Source: Candidatus Omnitrophota bacterium
GTDB lineage: Bacteria > Omnitrophota > Gorgyraeia > Aquiviventales > JACQRC01
Assembly (NCBI GenBank): GCA_016206665.1
Contig: JACQRC010000100.1
Location: 33 to 64,032, forward strand
Length of the DNA: 64,000 nt
Reading direction: 5' to 3'
Positions 35,101-42,962 of this stretch are shown here, piece after piece (the stretch's first letter is position 1; the number at the start of each line of letters is the position of its first letter). The position numbers and the translations under genes were made by a program. The notes below the pieces were generated by a model, which saw only the letters and a program-made list of their open reading frames with translations, was not told where the DNA came from and did no database searches.

Positions 35101-35581
35101 CCTGGCGCCCGGCGGCTGGCTCTACCTGGTGCTGCCGACGACCGTGGAACGGATGACCTTTCTGCCGTCTTTTTATCAGCAACTCTGGGGTCGGGCGTGG
35201 GCTCGTGCGTGGCGACACCACGCGCCTGCGGATGCGGCCCCACCGGCGTCGTCAGGATCGAACGGTCGCATCACCTGGTGGGAATTATTGTGGCAGCGGC
35301 ATCCTCACTTTCCCTGGCCCGAGCCGCACGGTGCCTACCGTCACTTTCTCGCGGAGGTGGTGGCCTACCATCCCTGGCGATGGCGGCGGCTCGTGGAGCG
35401 CAACGGCTTCCAGATCCGTCAGCAATTTACAACGATACTGTTTCCCTACCATTTGGCGGGTCTGCTGACGGATCCGTTTCCCTGGTTTCTGCGCTGGTCG
35501 GACTGGGTGCGGCCCCTGCACGGGTGGCCCGTGCTGCGGTCGCTGGGGCATAACGTGTGCCTGGTGGCGCAGAAGGAGTGA
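32180..35581 (+). CDS. Tri-domain fusion: Wzx/MOP-type oligosaccharide flippase + GT2 glycosyltransferase + class I SAM methyltransferase
   Basis: ORF track starts at 32114. ATG 32180 overlaps the upstream stop (ATGA). About 500 aa polytopic with ...VVMTRWLGSSGYGRLALFV... typical of polysaccharide flippases. TVSVIIPTFNRAELV...VIVVDDGSTDDT...FLDSDDRW (GT2). RVLEVGCGNGL...FADGSFDLVFSSHTLEHI...LAPGGWLYL (methyltransferase motifs I-III). Confidence 0.75.
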   Translation: MTPAAGLSTPRHDTATIRQSFRDYQALVIGQGGAVLLATVNSVVMTRWLGSSGYGRLALFVMVTQVIFTTLAGWLTAAIVRYGCEELVQQRSLRRTVGARLFILGPLLCLLAAASWLWRVPLSQYLGVPSWAVLWVDIAVAGSIASVTVQSLLQASSAMKGYAWLLLIERAGVLAGLLSLQAVRGVEPVLGCMMLVAVMPWLSTLAGLRFLAWRAWWPPVADLSWVRRHLRFSLPLILAATAATVATWADVALTNHFVSTLELGAYALARQMAMLLKQGVVLAGFLVSPILFQWHVSGEPARIDRYVQRLLPLAALLWCSVVAILLPLVWWVLPHIWGAEFARADWPWLLLAVELGLSAWYYLGVPVLTAHEASGRITLINTLTAILVPALGWWLIPRHGIVGSAWAVVCTSWAGQVLVLYSLRRLSHLRWAACAGAMLPLLLSAGLCWWAGPWTAVLGTAVLLLILGRWLWRRRAFLDDDDLTLLRTIELPAWSQWALDGVRWVLSQAVRPPTVATASQRSTTPTVSVIIPTFNRAELVVRAVESVLAQTWPEYEVIVVDDGSTDDTADRLRPYAGRMTLLRQPHAERATARNRGIAASRGAFIAFLDSDDRWLPAKLADDLAVFARSPEAGLVYCGAALIDAAERPLKRLRTPWREGQVVEPLVWQTNFIPNSSVTVRRACLEAVGGFREDPQLSGSEDWELWFRLAARFPVAAVRRHNIQLRVHQQNTLHNAAQMERSMWWAWTLIQRHPALAQQSPARIRRAEAVVARHIAVGYYGSRQMAAARTWLHRSRRLDGAQVATWRWLTTYFKSWLPRRRAAAPEPSLAADLRRRIGAIVEQAVAELPDLEVWKNQFRFRAREFELLARQAPMPRSRRVLEVGCGNGLSATLLAQSADLVIATDLPQGNPHTASQGIGSPQRLFDTLGVTNCHPLACPGEALPFADGSFDLVFSSHTLEHIPQPASALQEMHRVLAPGGWLYLVLPTTVERMTFLPSFYQQLWGRAWARAWRHHAPADAAPPASSGSNGRITWWELLWQRHPHFPWPEPHGAYRHFLAEVVAYHPWRWRRLVERNGFQIRQQFTTILFPYHLAGLLTDPFPWFLRWSDWVRPLHGWPVLRSLGHNVCLVAQKE

Positions 35582-35585
35582 GGGT

Positions 35586-37925
35586 GTGAAGCTCTCGGTC
35601 GTCATTCCAGCCCACAACGAAGAGGAGAATCTGCCGCGGGTCATCCCGTCACTCCTGGCCATCCTGCAGCGGGAGGGGATCGAGCGGGAGATCATCCTCG
35701 TCGACGACAACAGCCGCGACGGCACCGCCGCGCTGATCGACGACTACGCACGTGCCCACCCGGAGATTCGAGCCGTGCACCGCCGAGGCCAGCCGGGCTT
35801 CGGCCGGGCGATCCGCGACGGCCTGGCCCAGGCGACCGGCGAGGCGGTGGCCATCGTGATGGGCGATCACTCGGACGACCCCGAGGATGTCGTGCGCATG
35901 TACCGCCGGCTCGCCGAGGGCTGCGATGCCGTCTTTGGTTCCCGCTTCATTCCGGGAGCATCCGTCAGGGATTACCCGCGGTTCAAATGGGTCGTCAACC
36001 GCCTGGCGAACCGGTTTTTGCAGCTGCTCTTCTGGTCGTCCTGCAACGACCTCACGAACGCGTTCAAGCTCTACCGTCGACAGGTCCTCCAGACGATCGG
36101 TCCCCTGCAGACGGAGCATTTCAACATCACCGCGGAGCTGCCGCTCAAAACGCTGCGGGCAGGCTGCCGGGTGGCCGTGGTGCCGGTCCGGTGGTACGGC
36201 CGGCGCAGCGGGGTTTCGAAGTTGAGCATCGCCCGCATGGGCCGGCATTATCTGCAGACGGCGCTGGACATTTGGGTGCGGTACCACCCGCGCGGGATCC
36301 CGTCTTGGATTTGGGGCGCTCTGGCCGGCCTCGTGCCGCTCGTCGTGTACTGGGCCTTTCCGAATCACAATTTTTCGAGCATCGATCCCATCAATTATGC
36401 GGATGCGATCCAGCGCGGTGGATGGCCGGTCCTGCTGAACCCGCACCATCTGCTGTATCACGTCGTGGGACGCGCCTGCTGGCTCGCCGCCCGGGGGCTC
36501 GGCCTGGCCGTGTCGCCGATGCACTTGATGCAGTGGTGCAATGGCGTGTGGGGGGCCGCGGGGGTCGTGCTCTGCTGGTCGATTCTCCGTGCCCTGAGCG
36601 GCTCGCGTCTCTCATCGGCAGGTGCCACGGTCTTCGCGTGGCTGCTCGCGAGCGCTTACGGGTACTGGTTCTTCTCGATCGAAAATGAGGTCTACATTCC
36701 GCCCGCCGTCCTCGCCTTGGCGACGTTTCGGCTGCTGATCGGCTTGACGCACGCTGGACACGCGGCCCAACAGATCCGTTGGGCGGTGGTCGTGGGCGTG
36801 CTGACGGCCCTCATGACCGGCTTCTACCAGACCTACGGTCTGTGGAGTGCGGTCGTGATCCTCTGGGCCCTCCGCACGCTCCCGCGCGGGTCGAGGCTGC
36901 GGTGGCTCTGCTGGTACGCAGTCACCGTGGCACTCGGTGTGGCCATCGCCTACGGGGTCGCGGCATGGTTGACGCTGCCACCGGCCGAGCGGTCATGGGG
37001 GGCCGCCCTGCGCTGGCCCCTCGGCTATCTGCAATCCGGACGGTGGGGAGCGGTTGATTTTCAAGCGATGCGCCTCTGGCCCTACGGCTTTGCGCGCGTG
37101 GTCCTGGCCGGGCGACCGATGCGAGACTGGCTGCTGAGCCCGCACTGGTCGCCGTCGGGCACGATCCTTCTCGGCAGCTGGGTGCTCGTCGGCGTGCTGG
37201 CGACCATCGTGGTCGTGCGAGGCCTTCGGAACGTGCGCGGCCTGCGGCAGGAACAGGCCGTGTGGGCGGGGTTGTTGACCCTGTGGGCGGCGCTGTTTGC
37301 CGTGGTCGCACTCTGGATCGAGCCGATTGACTGGCAATTTTGGGTGCCGGTCCTGATTCCGATAGCACTGCTGGTGGCCCTGGCGTGGTCCGCCGGACCG
37401 GTCTCGCGTCCTGGGTGGGAGCGTGTCGTGCCGGCAGGACTCGTGGCGAGCCTGGTGTGTGTCAACTTCCTGACCGCTGTCCATCCCGACACCGATCGCA
37501 CGCGCAACACCTGGTATCGGCTGGCGACCCAGCTCCACCAGCAGCGCCTCACGCAGCGGGATCTGCTCCTGATGTATGAGGAGGTGCCGGTCATGTACCA
37601 CTATTATTACGGCGTTCCCGCGCGCTCGGGCTCCCTGGGGCAGTACGTGACGCGCACGCCCGAGGAGCGCGCCAGGGCCTTTGGAACCTTGCGCGGTCTC
37701 ATCCATCAGACCCTCGAAAGCGGGGGCCGGGTCTTCATCGCCGAAACCGAGCTGCACCCGAATCCGCGGCGCCGCCTGCCATTCCGGTTCATGAGTCCGG
37801 GGGACTACACGGCTTTCTATCAATCGTATGAGCAGCAGATCACACCGGTCTTCTCCTTTTTCTTCGAGGGGGGAGAGCGCCGCATGTATCAACTCGTCAG
37901 CGACCTCAACCGCAAGGGAGGCTAA
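35586..37925 (+). CDS. Fusion of Dpm1-like GT2 (polyprenyl-phosphate sugar synthase type) with a ~540-aa polytopic GT-C-like membrane domain
   Basis: 779 aa. GTG start after AAGGAG. KLSVVIPAHNEEENL...LVDDNSRDGT...VMGDHSDDP. Then more than 10 TM helices and a soluble C-terminal segment. Confidence 0.65.
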   Translation: MKLSVVIPAHNEEENLPRVIPSLLAILQREGIEREIILVDDNSRDGTAALIDDYARAHPEIRAVHRRGQPGFGRAIRDGLAQATGEAVAIVMGDHSDDPEDVVRMYRRLAEGCDAVFGSRFIPGASVRDYPRFKWVVNRLANRFLQLLFWSSCNDLTNAFKLYRRQVLQTIGPLQTEHFNITAELPLKTLRAGCRVAVVPVRWYGRRSGVSKLSIARMGRHYLQTALDIWVRYHPRGIPSWIWGALAGLVPLVVYWAFPNHNFSSIDPINYADAIQRGGWPVLLNPHHLLYHVVGRACWLAARGLGLAVSPMHLMQWCNGVWGAAGVVLCWSILRALSGSRLSSAGATVFAWLLASAYGYWFFSIENEVYIPPAVLALATFRLLIGLTHAGHAAQQIRWAVVVGVLTALMTGFYQTYGLWSAVVILWALRTLPRGSRLRWLCWYAVTVALGVAIAYGVAAWLTLPPAERSWGAALRWPLGYLQSGRWGAVDFQAMRLWPYGFARVVLAGRPMRDWLLSPHWSPSGTILLGSWVLVGVLATIVVVRGLRNVRGLRQEQAVWAGLLTLWAALFAVVALWIEPIDWQFWVPVLIPIALLVALAWSAGPVSRPGWERVVPAGLVASLVCVNFLTAVHPDTDRTRNTWYRLATQLHQQRLTQRDLLLMYEEVPVMYHYYYGVPARSGSLGQYVTRTPEERARAFGTLRGLIHQTLESGGRVFIAETELHPNPRRRLPFRFMSPGDYTAFYQSYEQQITPVFSFFFEGGERRMYQLVSDLNRKGG

Positions 37926-38644
37926 TGTCACTCGTCACGTGGGAAACCTACTGGGATGGGCAGCATGGGCAGCAGTCCTCGGCCGTGGGCCGGTGGCTCT
38001 TCCGGTTGCGCGAGCAGCGCGTGGGGGTGGCGTACGCGCGGGTAGCGATGCGCTACGCGCCGCAGCGAGGACGGGTGCTGGAGGCCGGGTGCGGGTCGGC
38101 CGTCGGCTCGCTGTGGCTCGCGAAGCTGCGCCACGACGAAATCGTGGCGCTCGATATCTTCCTGCGGGCATTGGAGGTGGTGCGGGATCGCGCCCAGGTC
38201 CATCAGGTGAAGGTGGGGCTCGTGCGGGGTGACCTCCGGGGGTTGCCCTTTCCGGACAAGACCTTTGATCTATGCTGGAACAGCGGGACGCTCGAGCATT
38301 TCTATCACGACGACGTCATTGCCCTCATCCGGGAGATGCGCCGGGTCTCGAAGGTCGCCCTCGGCATCGTGCCGGCCCAGCATCCGATCTGGTCCTGGCC
38401 GCTCAAGATTGCGCGCTGGATGGGGCCCAAGGTCGAGTCGCTCGTCCTCGAAGGCGGGTACTACCGTCTCTATCGTGAACGGGAATTCCGCGTCCTCTTC
38501 GAGGAGGCGGGATTCGACCGGGTGGAGTCGATGACGATGTGGAGCGCTGGGTTTCCCTTTGTAGTCGCGGCAGGCTTCGAGGTTGCGCCCCGGCCGCAGG
38601 CACCGGCGACGCGTCACGTCGCAGGAACGGCCGCGCGCGGATGA
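37925..38644 (+). CDS. Class I SAM-dependent methyltransferase
   Basis: 239 aa. ATG overlaps the upstream TAA. RVLEAGCGSAVGSLWL...LPFPDKTFDLCWNSGTLEHF. Confidence 0.75.
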   Translation: MSLVTWETYWDGQHGQQSSAVGRWLFRLREQRVGVAYARVAMRYAPQRGRVLEAGCGSAVGSLWLAKLRHDEIVALDIFLRALEVVRDRAQVHQVKVGLVRGDLRGLPFPDKTFDLCWNSGTLEHFYHDDVIALIREMRRVSKVALGIVPAQHPIWSWPLKIARWMGPKVESLVLEGGYYRLYREREFRVLFEEAGFDRVESMTMWSAGFPFVVAAGFEVAPRPQAPATRHVAGTAARG

Positions 38645-39573
38645 GCCTGGCCGTGTTGTGCGAGGTGTGCCGGGGCCAGGAGTGGGGCACGGCCTTTCGG
38701 TTGCCCACGCTCACGGTGTGGCGGTGCCGCCGCTGCGCCTTGCTGCGGGCGGGCGATGTCACGCCAGAACTCGGCAGCGATGGAGCAGCGACCCAGCACT
38801 TCACCGCCTATGATTTGGAGACGTATCGGGCCTACTATCAGCCCTTCAGGGAGCAGGCCTTTCGGCGGTTGCTCTCCGAGATTCAGGCCCTGCAGCCGTC
38901 GGGACGGCTGCTGGACGTCGGCTGCGGCTATGGTTGGCTGCTGCGGGTGGCTCGGGAGGCGGGCTACGACGTGCTCGGCGTGGAGCCGTCGGCGGAGGTG
39001 GCGCGGAGCGCCCGGCAGGAGACCGGATTGCCGGTGGTGGAGGGTGCTCTGGCGGTGCTCGGCGACGGAGAGCGCTTCGAGGTCATCACTCTCTGCAATG
39101 TGCTCGAGCACTTGCCGCAGCCGCGCGAGTCGCTGCGCCAGTTAACGCGCTTGCTGCGACCGGATGGGGTACTCGCCATCTGCGTACCTAATATTCAGGG
39201 GCTGCTGCATCGGTGCGTCACCTGGGGGTACCGCGCCACGGGCGGACGCTGGACCGCTCCGCTGGAGATGTTGTATCAAACCGACAATGCCTGCCGCCAT
39301 CTCTACCACTTTTCCCCGGACACCCTCACCGCGCTGGTTCGGGAGGCGGGGCTGTCGGTGCGTCGCTGCCGCACTCAAAAGATCATTGACGTGGATCGAT
39401 TGGAGCTGCGGACACGGCTCAGCCCCTCGGCGGAGCGTCTGCGGTGGGCCGCCACACCACCGGTCAAGCTGCTCCTCAAGGGCCTGCTCGGGATGGGTGT
39501 GTGGTGCGGTCTCGGCGACGAGCTCGTCGTGGTGGCCCAGCGGCCGCAGGAGCCGGTGGAGATCCTCGCATGA
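38641..39573 (+). CDS. Class I SAM-dependent methyltransferase with N-terminal CxxC...CxxC zinc-ribbon
   Basis: ORF track starts at 38539. ATG 38641 overlaps the upstream stop (ATGA). CEVC...CRRC. LLDVGCGYGWLL...FEVITLCNVLEHLPQP...LRPDGVLAICVPN. Confidence 0.75.
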   Translation: MSLAVLCEVCRGQEWGTAFRLPTLTVWRCRRCALLRAGDVTPELGSDGAATQHFTAYDLETYRAYYQPFREQAFRRLLSEIQALQPSGRLLDVGCGYGWLLRVAREAGYDVLGVEPSAEVARSARQETGLPVVEGALAVLGDGERFEVITLCNVLEHLPQPRESLRQLTRLLRPDGVLAICVPNIQGLLHRCVTWGYRATGGRWTAPLEMLYQTDNACRHLYHFSPDTLTALVREAGLSVRRCRTQKIIDVDRLELRTRLSPSAERLRWAATPPVKLLLKGLLGMGVWCGLGDELVVVAQRPQEPVEILA

Positions 39574-40970
39574 ACCGTCAGACGATGATTGCGGGAGTGA
39601 TGGGCGGCATCCTGCTCGGTGTCCTGGCGGCGTGCTCACCGATGAGTGTCGCGGCCATCGTCGTCAGCCTCGGCATCGCCTGGCTCCTGCGCCGCGCACT
39701 TGCCGAGGAAGGTCCCTGGATCGCGAGGCTGTTTCTATGGGGGATGGGCACGAGGCTGGCGGTGACCGCGGCGCTGCACGCGTGGCATGCGTGGGCCTTT
39801 CCCCGGGCTCAGGTGGCGCTCAGCTGGGACAGTGGGGGGTATCTACTGATGGCGCAGCGGCTGGCCCTGGTGTTGGCCAACAAGTTTCCCTCACTGGAGA
39901 CGCTGGTGCTGATGACGACCCCGCCGACCCTGATGAATGAATGGTACGGATATGCGGGGAACGTGGTCTGGCTCGGGTTCGCCTATTACCTGCTGGGATT
40001 TGCTCCCATCGTCGGCACCGTGGTGAGCAGCTTCCTCTATATGGGGGCGGTGGTGCTCATCTACCAGACGGCCCTCGAACTCTTCAACCGGCCCGCGGCA
40101 CGATGCGCCGCCTGGCTGGCCACCTTCCTGCCGACGACCTTCTATTGGTCCATCAATCACGGCAAGGAGCCGTTGGGCACCCTGGGGCTGGCCATCATCG
40201 TGTGGGCGGCCCTGCGGTGGCAGCAGCGCCGTCGGCACGGGTACCTGGCGGCGTTGGCGGCGGGAGCCTGGATCTTCTGGACGGTGAAACCGCGCATGAT
40301 GCCGCTGGTGATCCTCGGCGGAGTGCTGGCGGCTGTGTGGGCCGTCTATCGACGCGGGGGACGCCTCCGCGGCGCCGTGGTGGTGATCATCGGCGCGCTG
40401 CTGTGCGTCGAGGCCGCCAGCTGGACCGGTCTGGTCGCGCGCCGGGGGCCGGTCACCCGCGTCTACTACGAGTGGGTCAGACGCTGCATGGGCCAGAATC
40501 GAGTCTTGCAATACGGCGATTCGGTGTACCGTATTTATCCTCAGGGGATGCTGCGCTCGGACGGCAACCTCCATCCGGCCAACTTCAGCCACGGCCAATT
40601 TGCGCTGGGCGTGGCGCGGGGTCTGTCGCGCTTCCTATTCACCCTGGTGCCGCCGTGGGCCGTGCAGAAGCCCGGCTGGCTGGCCCTGATCCCACAAGTC
40701 GTGTTCGGCTATCTGATCCTCCCATGGATGGTGCCGGGATTTGCCTCGGCCCTGCGGAAAGATAGCCGGCTCGCCTGCTTCGGCTGTCTGATGCTCATCC
40801 TCCTGACCATCAATCTGGCTGCCACGGAAGCCAACGTCGGCACCGCCCTGCGCCACCGGGATATGCTGATGCCTTTCTATCTCCTCTATGCCGTGGGCGG
40901 CCTGGTCACCGTCTTGTCGGCACTGGCCGGTCAGCGGCGGGACTCCGCCGCTGCGGCGATGGCGGGTTGA
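39570..40970 (+). CDS. Polytopic integral membrane protein (possible GT-C glycosyltransferase or glycan polymerase/ligase)
   Basis: ORF track starts at 39444. ATG 39570 overlaps the upstream stop (ATGA). About 466 aa with more than 10 hydrophobic helices. No soluble-enzyme motifs recognised. Confidence 0.45.
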   Translation: MNRQTMIAGVMGGILLGVLAACSPMSVAAIVVSLGIAWLLRRALAEEGPWIARLFLWGMGTRLAVTAALHAWHAWAFPRAQVALSWDSGGYLLMAQRLALVLANKFPSLETLVLMTTPPTLMNEWYGYAGNVVWLGFAYYLLGFAPIVGTVVSSFLYMGAVVLIYQTALELFNRPAARCAAWLATFLPTTFYWSINHGKEPLGTLGLAIIVWAALRWQQRRRHGYLAALAAGAWIFWTVKPRMMPLVILGGVLAAVWAVYRRGGRLRGAVVVIIGALLCVEAASWTGLVARRGPVTRVYYEWVRRCMGQNRVLQYGDSVYRIYPQGMLRSDGNLHPANFSHGQFALGVARGLSRFLFTLVPPWAVQKPGWLALIPQVVFGYLILPWMVPGFASALRKDSRLACFGCLMLILLTINLAATEANVGTALRHRDMLMPFYLLYAVGGLVTVLSALAGQRRDSAAAAMAG

Positions 40971-40980
40971 GGACCGGAGC

Positions 40981-42273
40981 ATGACGATACGCGGCCTCTG
41001 CTTCTACATCAACCTGCTCGGGCTTGCCACCGCGGCTGCCGTCATCAGTCCGCTCTACAGACACACCTCGCTGCAACCGGTGGCGTTGGGGTACAGCCTG
41101 CCTCTGCTCGTGGGATTGGGCCTCGTCACGTTGGTGGGATTGATCGTCTTCATCGCCATCCTGACGCAGGGGCCGGTCTTCAACCGCCGTCTCTGCGTGG
41201 GGATGGTCGCGGCGGCCGGGCTGCTCGAAGCCGGCGCGCGGCTCCTACCGGGCGGTCCGTCGGCTATTGAGGACACCGGCCGCTGGCCCAAACCGTATGT
41301 GATGTTCGGCGGCAAGCCCCACACGGCCCAGTTCAACGGGCAGGGATTTCGCATCGCGGGACCTGTGCCGCAGGAAAAGGCCCCCGGCGAACTGCGCGTG
41401 ATGGTCATCGGCGCCTCGGCGGTGCTCTACGGCTCAACCGTTGCGCAGACCATCCCCGGCGTCCTCGAGCAATTGTGGCATGAGGCCGGAGCGCGCCAGG
41501 CGCGGGTCTATAATGTGGGCGTGGTCAGTTATGTCTCCGGCCAGGAGCTGGCGTTACTGCTCCACACGATCGTCGATTACCACCCTGATCTGGTCATCGT
41601 CTATGACGGCGGCAACGACCTGTATCTGCCCATGGTCGCTGATCCCCGGCCGGGGTACCCCTTCAATTATCTGATGACGGAGGCCGGGCTCGCGCAGGTG
41701 GCAGGGCGCACCTCCGGGGTACAGGCGTGGACCTCGTTGTGGTACCGGAGCCGCTTCCTCCAGCGGCTCCTGGGCCATCAGATCGCAGACAGTGTGGCAT
41801 CGCTGGGCCGCCTGCGGCGGGAATCCGGGTATCAAACGCCGGCGTGGGAAGAGGCGATCGTCGTGGCCTACCTGACCAACGTGGAGAAGATGTGCCGCCT
41901 CGCGCGGGCCTACGACTTCAAGCTGGCGGTCTTCCTGCAGCCGATGCTCTACACCAAAACGCCGGTGGGGAAGGAGCAACAGATCGCGTTGGGTGCCGCC
42001 TCCGTTTCACAGTACATGCAGCGGCAGTATGACCGCGCGCGCGCCGGCTTGCAAGACCTCAACGCTGGCTTTGCGGCGGAGGGTCGGTGCCACTGCGTGG
42101 ATCTGAGCCAGGCCCTGACGGCCTACGACCGTCCCACCTTCCATGATGTCATCCACACCGATGATGCCGGCAACGCCTTCATGGCCCGACAGATCGCCGC
42201 GGCGCTGGCGCAGCGCGGCTGGCTTGGGACCCGGTCTCAGGCTGCGCTTGACAACACCAGACAGGTAAGATAA
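40981..42273 (+). CDS. Membrane-anchored SGNH/GDSL-like hydrolase
   Basis: ORF track starts at 40888. ATG 40981 gives two N-terminal TM helices. LRVMVIGASAV (block I-like). DLVIVYDGGNDLY (GxND block). FHDVIHTDDAGN (DxxH block). Confidence 0.5.
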   Translation: MTIRGLCFYINLLGLATAAAVISPLYRHTSLQPVALGYSLPLLVGLGLVTLVGLIVFIAILTQGPVFNRRLCVGMVAAAGLLEAGARLLPGGPSAIEDTGRWPKPYVMFGGKPHTAQFNGQGFRIAGPVPQEKAPGELRVMVIGASAVLYGSTVAQTIPGVLEQLWHEAGARQARVYNVGVVSYVSGQELALLLHTIVDYHPDLVIVYDGGNDLYLPMVADPRPGYPFNYLMTEAGLAQVAGRTSGVQAWTSLWYRSRFLQRLLGHQIADSVASLGRLRRESGYQTPAWEEAIVVAYLTNVEKMCRLARAYDFKLAVFLQPMLYTKTPVGKEQQIALGAASVSQYMQRQYDRARAGLQDLNAGFAAEGRCHCVDLSQALTAYDRPTFHDVIHTDDAGNAFMARQIAAALAQRGWLGTRSQAALDNTRQVR

Positions 42274-42276
42274 GGT
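42248..42276 (+). promoter_or_regulatory. Sigma70-like promoter candidate TTGACA-N17-TAAGGT upstream of the regulator gene
   Basis: Perfect -35 TTGACA at 42248..42253 (inside the 3' end of the upstream CDS). TAAGGT at 42271..42276, whose TAA is the upstream stop codon. Confidence 0.4.
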
Positions 42277-42283
42277 AAACCCA

Positions 42284-42302
42284 ATGTTCATCATATGAAC
42301 AT
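42284..42302. promoter_or_regulatory. Palindromic operator-like site ATGTTCAT-CAT-ATGAACAT (core GTTCA-N5-TGAAC)
   Basis: Read directly. 8-bp perfect inverted arms. Lies immediately downstream of the candidate -10. Confidence 0.55.
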
Positions 42303-42320
42303 AAGGAATAAGGATAGCAC

Positions 42321-42335
42321 GTTCATTTAATGAAC
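42321..42335. promoter_or_regulatory. Palindromic operator-like site GTTCAT-TTA-ATGAAC overlapping the regulator start codon
   Basis: Read directly. 6-bp perfect inverted arms. ATG 42330 is embedded in the site. Confidence 0.55.
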
Positions 42336-42962
42336 TCTTCCGCCTACAAAGAGTTACAGCTGCTGAATGAAATCGCCACCGAGCCCTCGGTGACGCAGCG
42401 CAGCCTCGCCAAGAAACTCGAAATGGCCCTTGGACTGACCAATCTGATGATCCGGCGGTTCATCAATAAGGGCCATGTGAAGGTCGTCAACATCCAGAAG
42501 AACCGCATCCGCTACCTCCTCACCCCGCAAGGCATCGCCGAGAAGACCCGCCTCACCTACGAATACCTCCAATACTCCCTCCACCTCTACCGCCGCGTAC
42601 GGGAGGTGGTGCGCGCCAGCCTCGCGCGGGTGGCCCAGGCCGGCGGCCGCACTATCCTGCTCTACGGGGTGGGCGAGATTGCCGAGATCGCCTACCTGGC
42701 CCTGAAGGAGCAAGGACTGACGCTGGTCGGTGCCATCGATGATCGCGACGGTGTCGCCGGGTTTGTGGGTCTGCCCGTCTTGCGCTCCGATCAGATTCCG
42801 ACGTTGTCGTTCGACTGCGTCATCGTCAGTTCGCTTGCGCATTGGGAGGATGGCCTCCAGCGCCTGCAGGCGCTGGGTGTGCCGGACCAGAAGATCATCA
42901 TTATCGAGCAGGCCGGTCCGGCCGTCCGGGCCGTGCAGCCGGAACCGGAGGTGGTGGGGTGA
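42330..42962 (+). CDS. Winged-helix (MarR-type, EPS-associated-like) transcriptional regulator fused to a Rossmann-like C-terminal domain
   Basis: 210 aa. N-terminal ELQLLNEIATEPSVTQRSLAKKLEMALGLTNLMIRRFINKGHVKVVNIQKNRIRYLLTPQGIAEKTRLT resembles MarR-family EPS-locus regulators. C-terminal ILLYGVGEIAEIAYLAL...LVGAIDD has a GxGxxA nucleotide-binding-type motif. Confidence 0.65.
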   Translation: MNSSAYKELQLLNEIATEPSVTQRSLAKKLEMALGLTNLMIRRFINKGHVKVVNIQKNRIRYLLTPQGIAEKTRLTYEYLQYSLHLYRRVREVVRASLARVAQAGGRTILLYGVGEIAEIAYLALKEQGLTLVGAIDDRDGVAGFVGLPVLRSDQIPTLSFDCVIVSSLAHWEDGLQRLQALGVPDQKIIIIEQAGPAVRAVQPEPEVVG

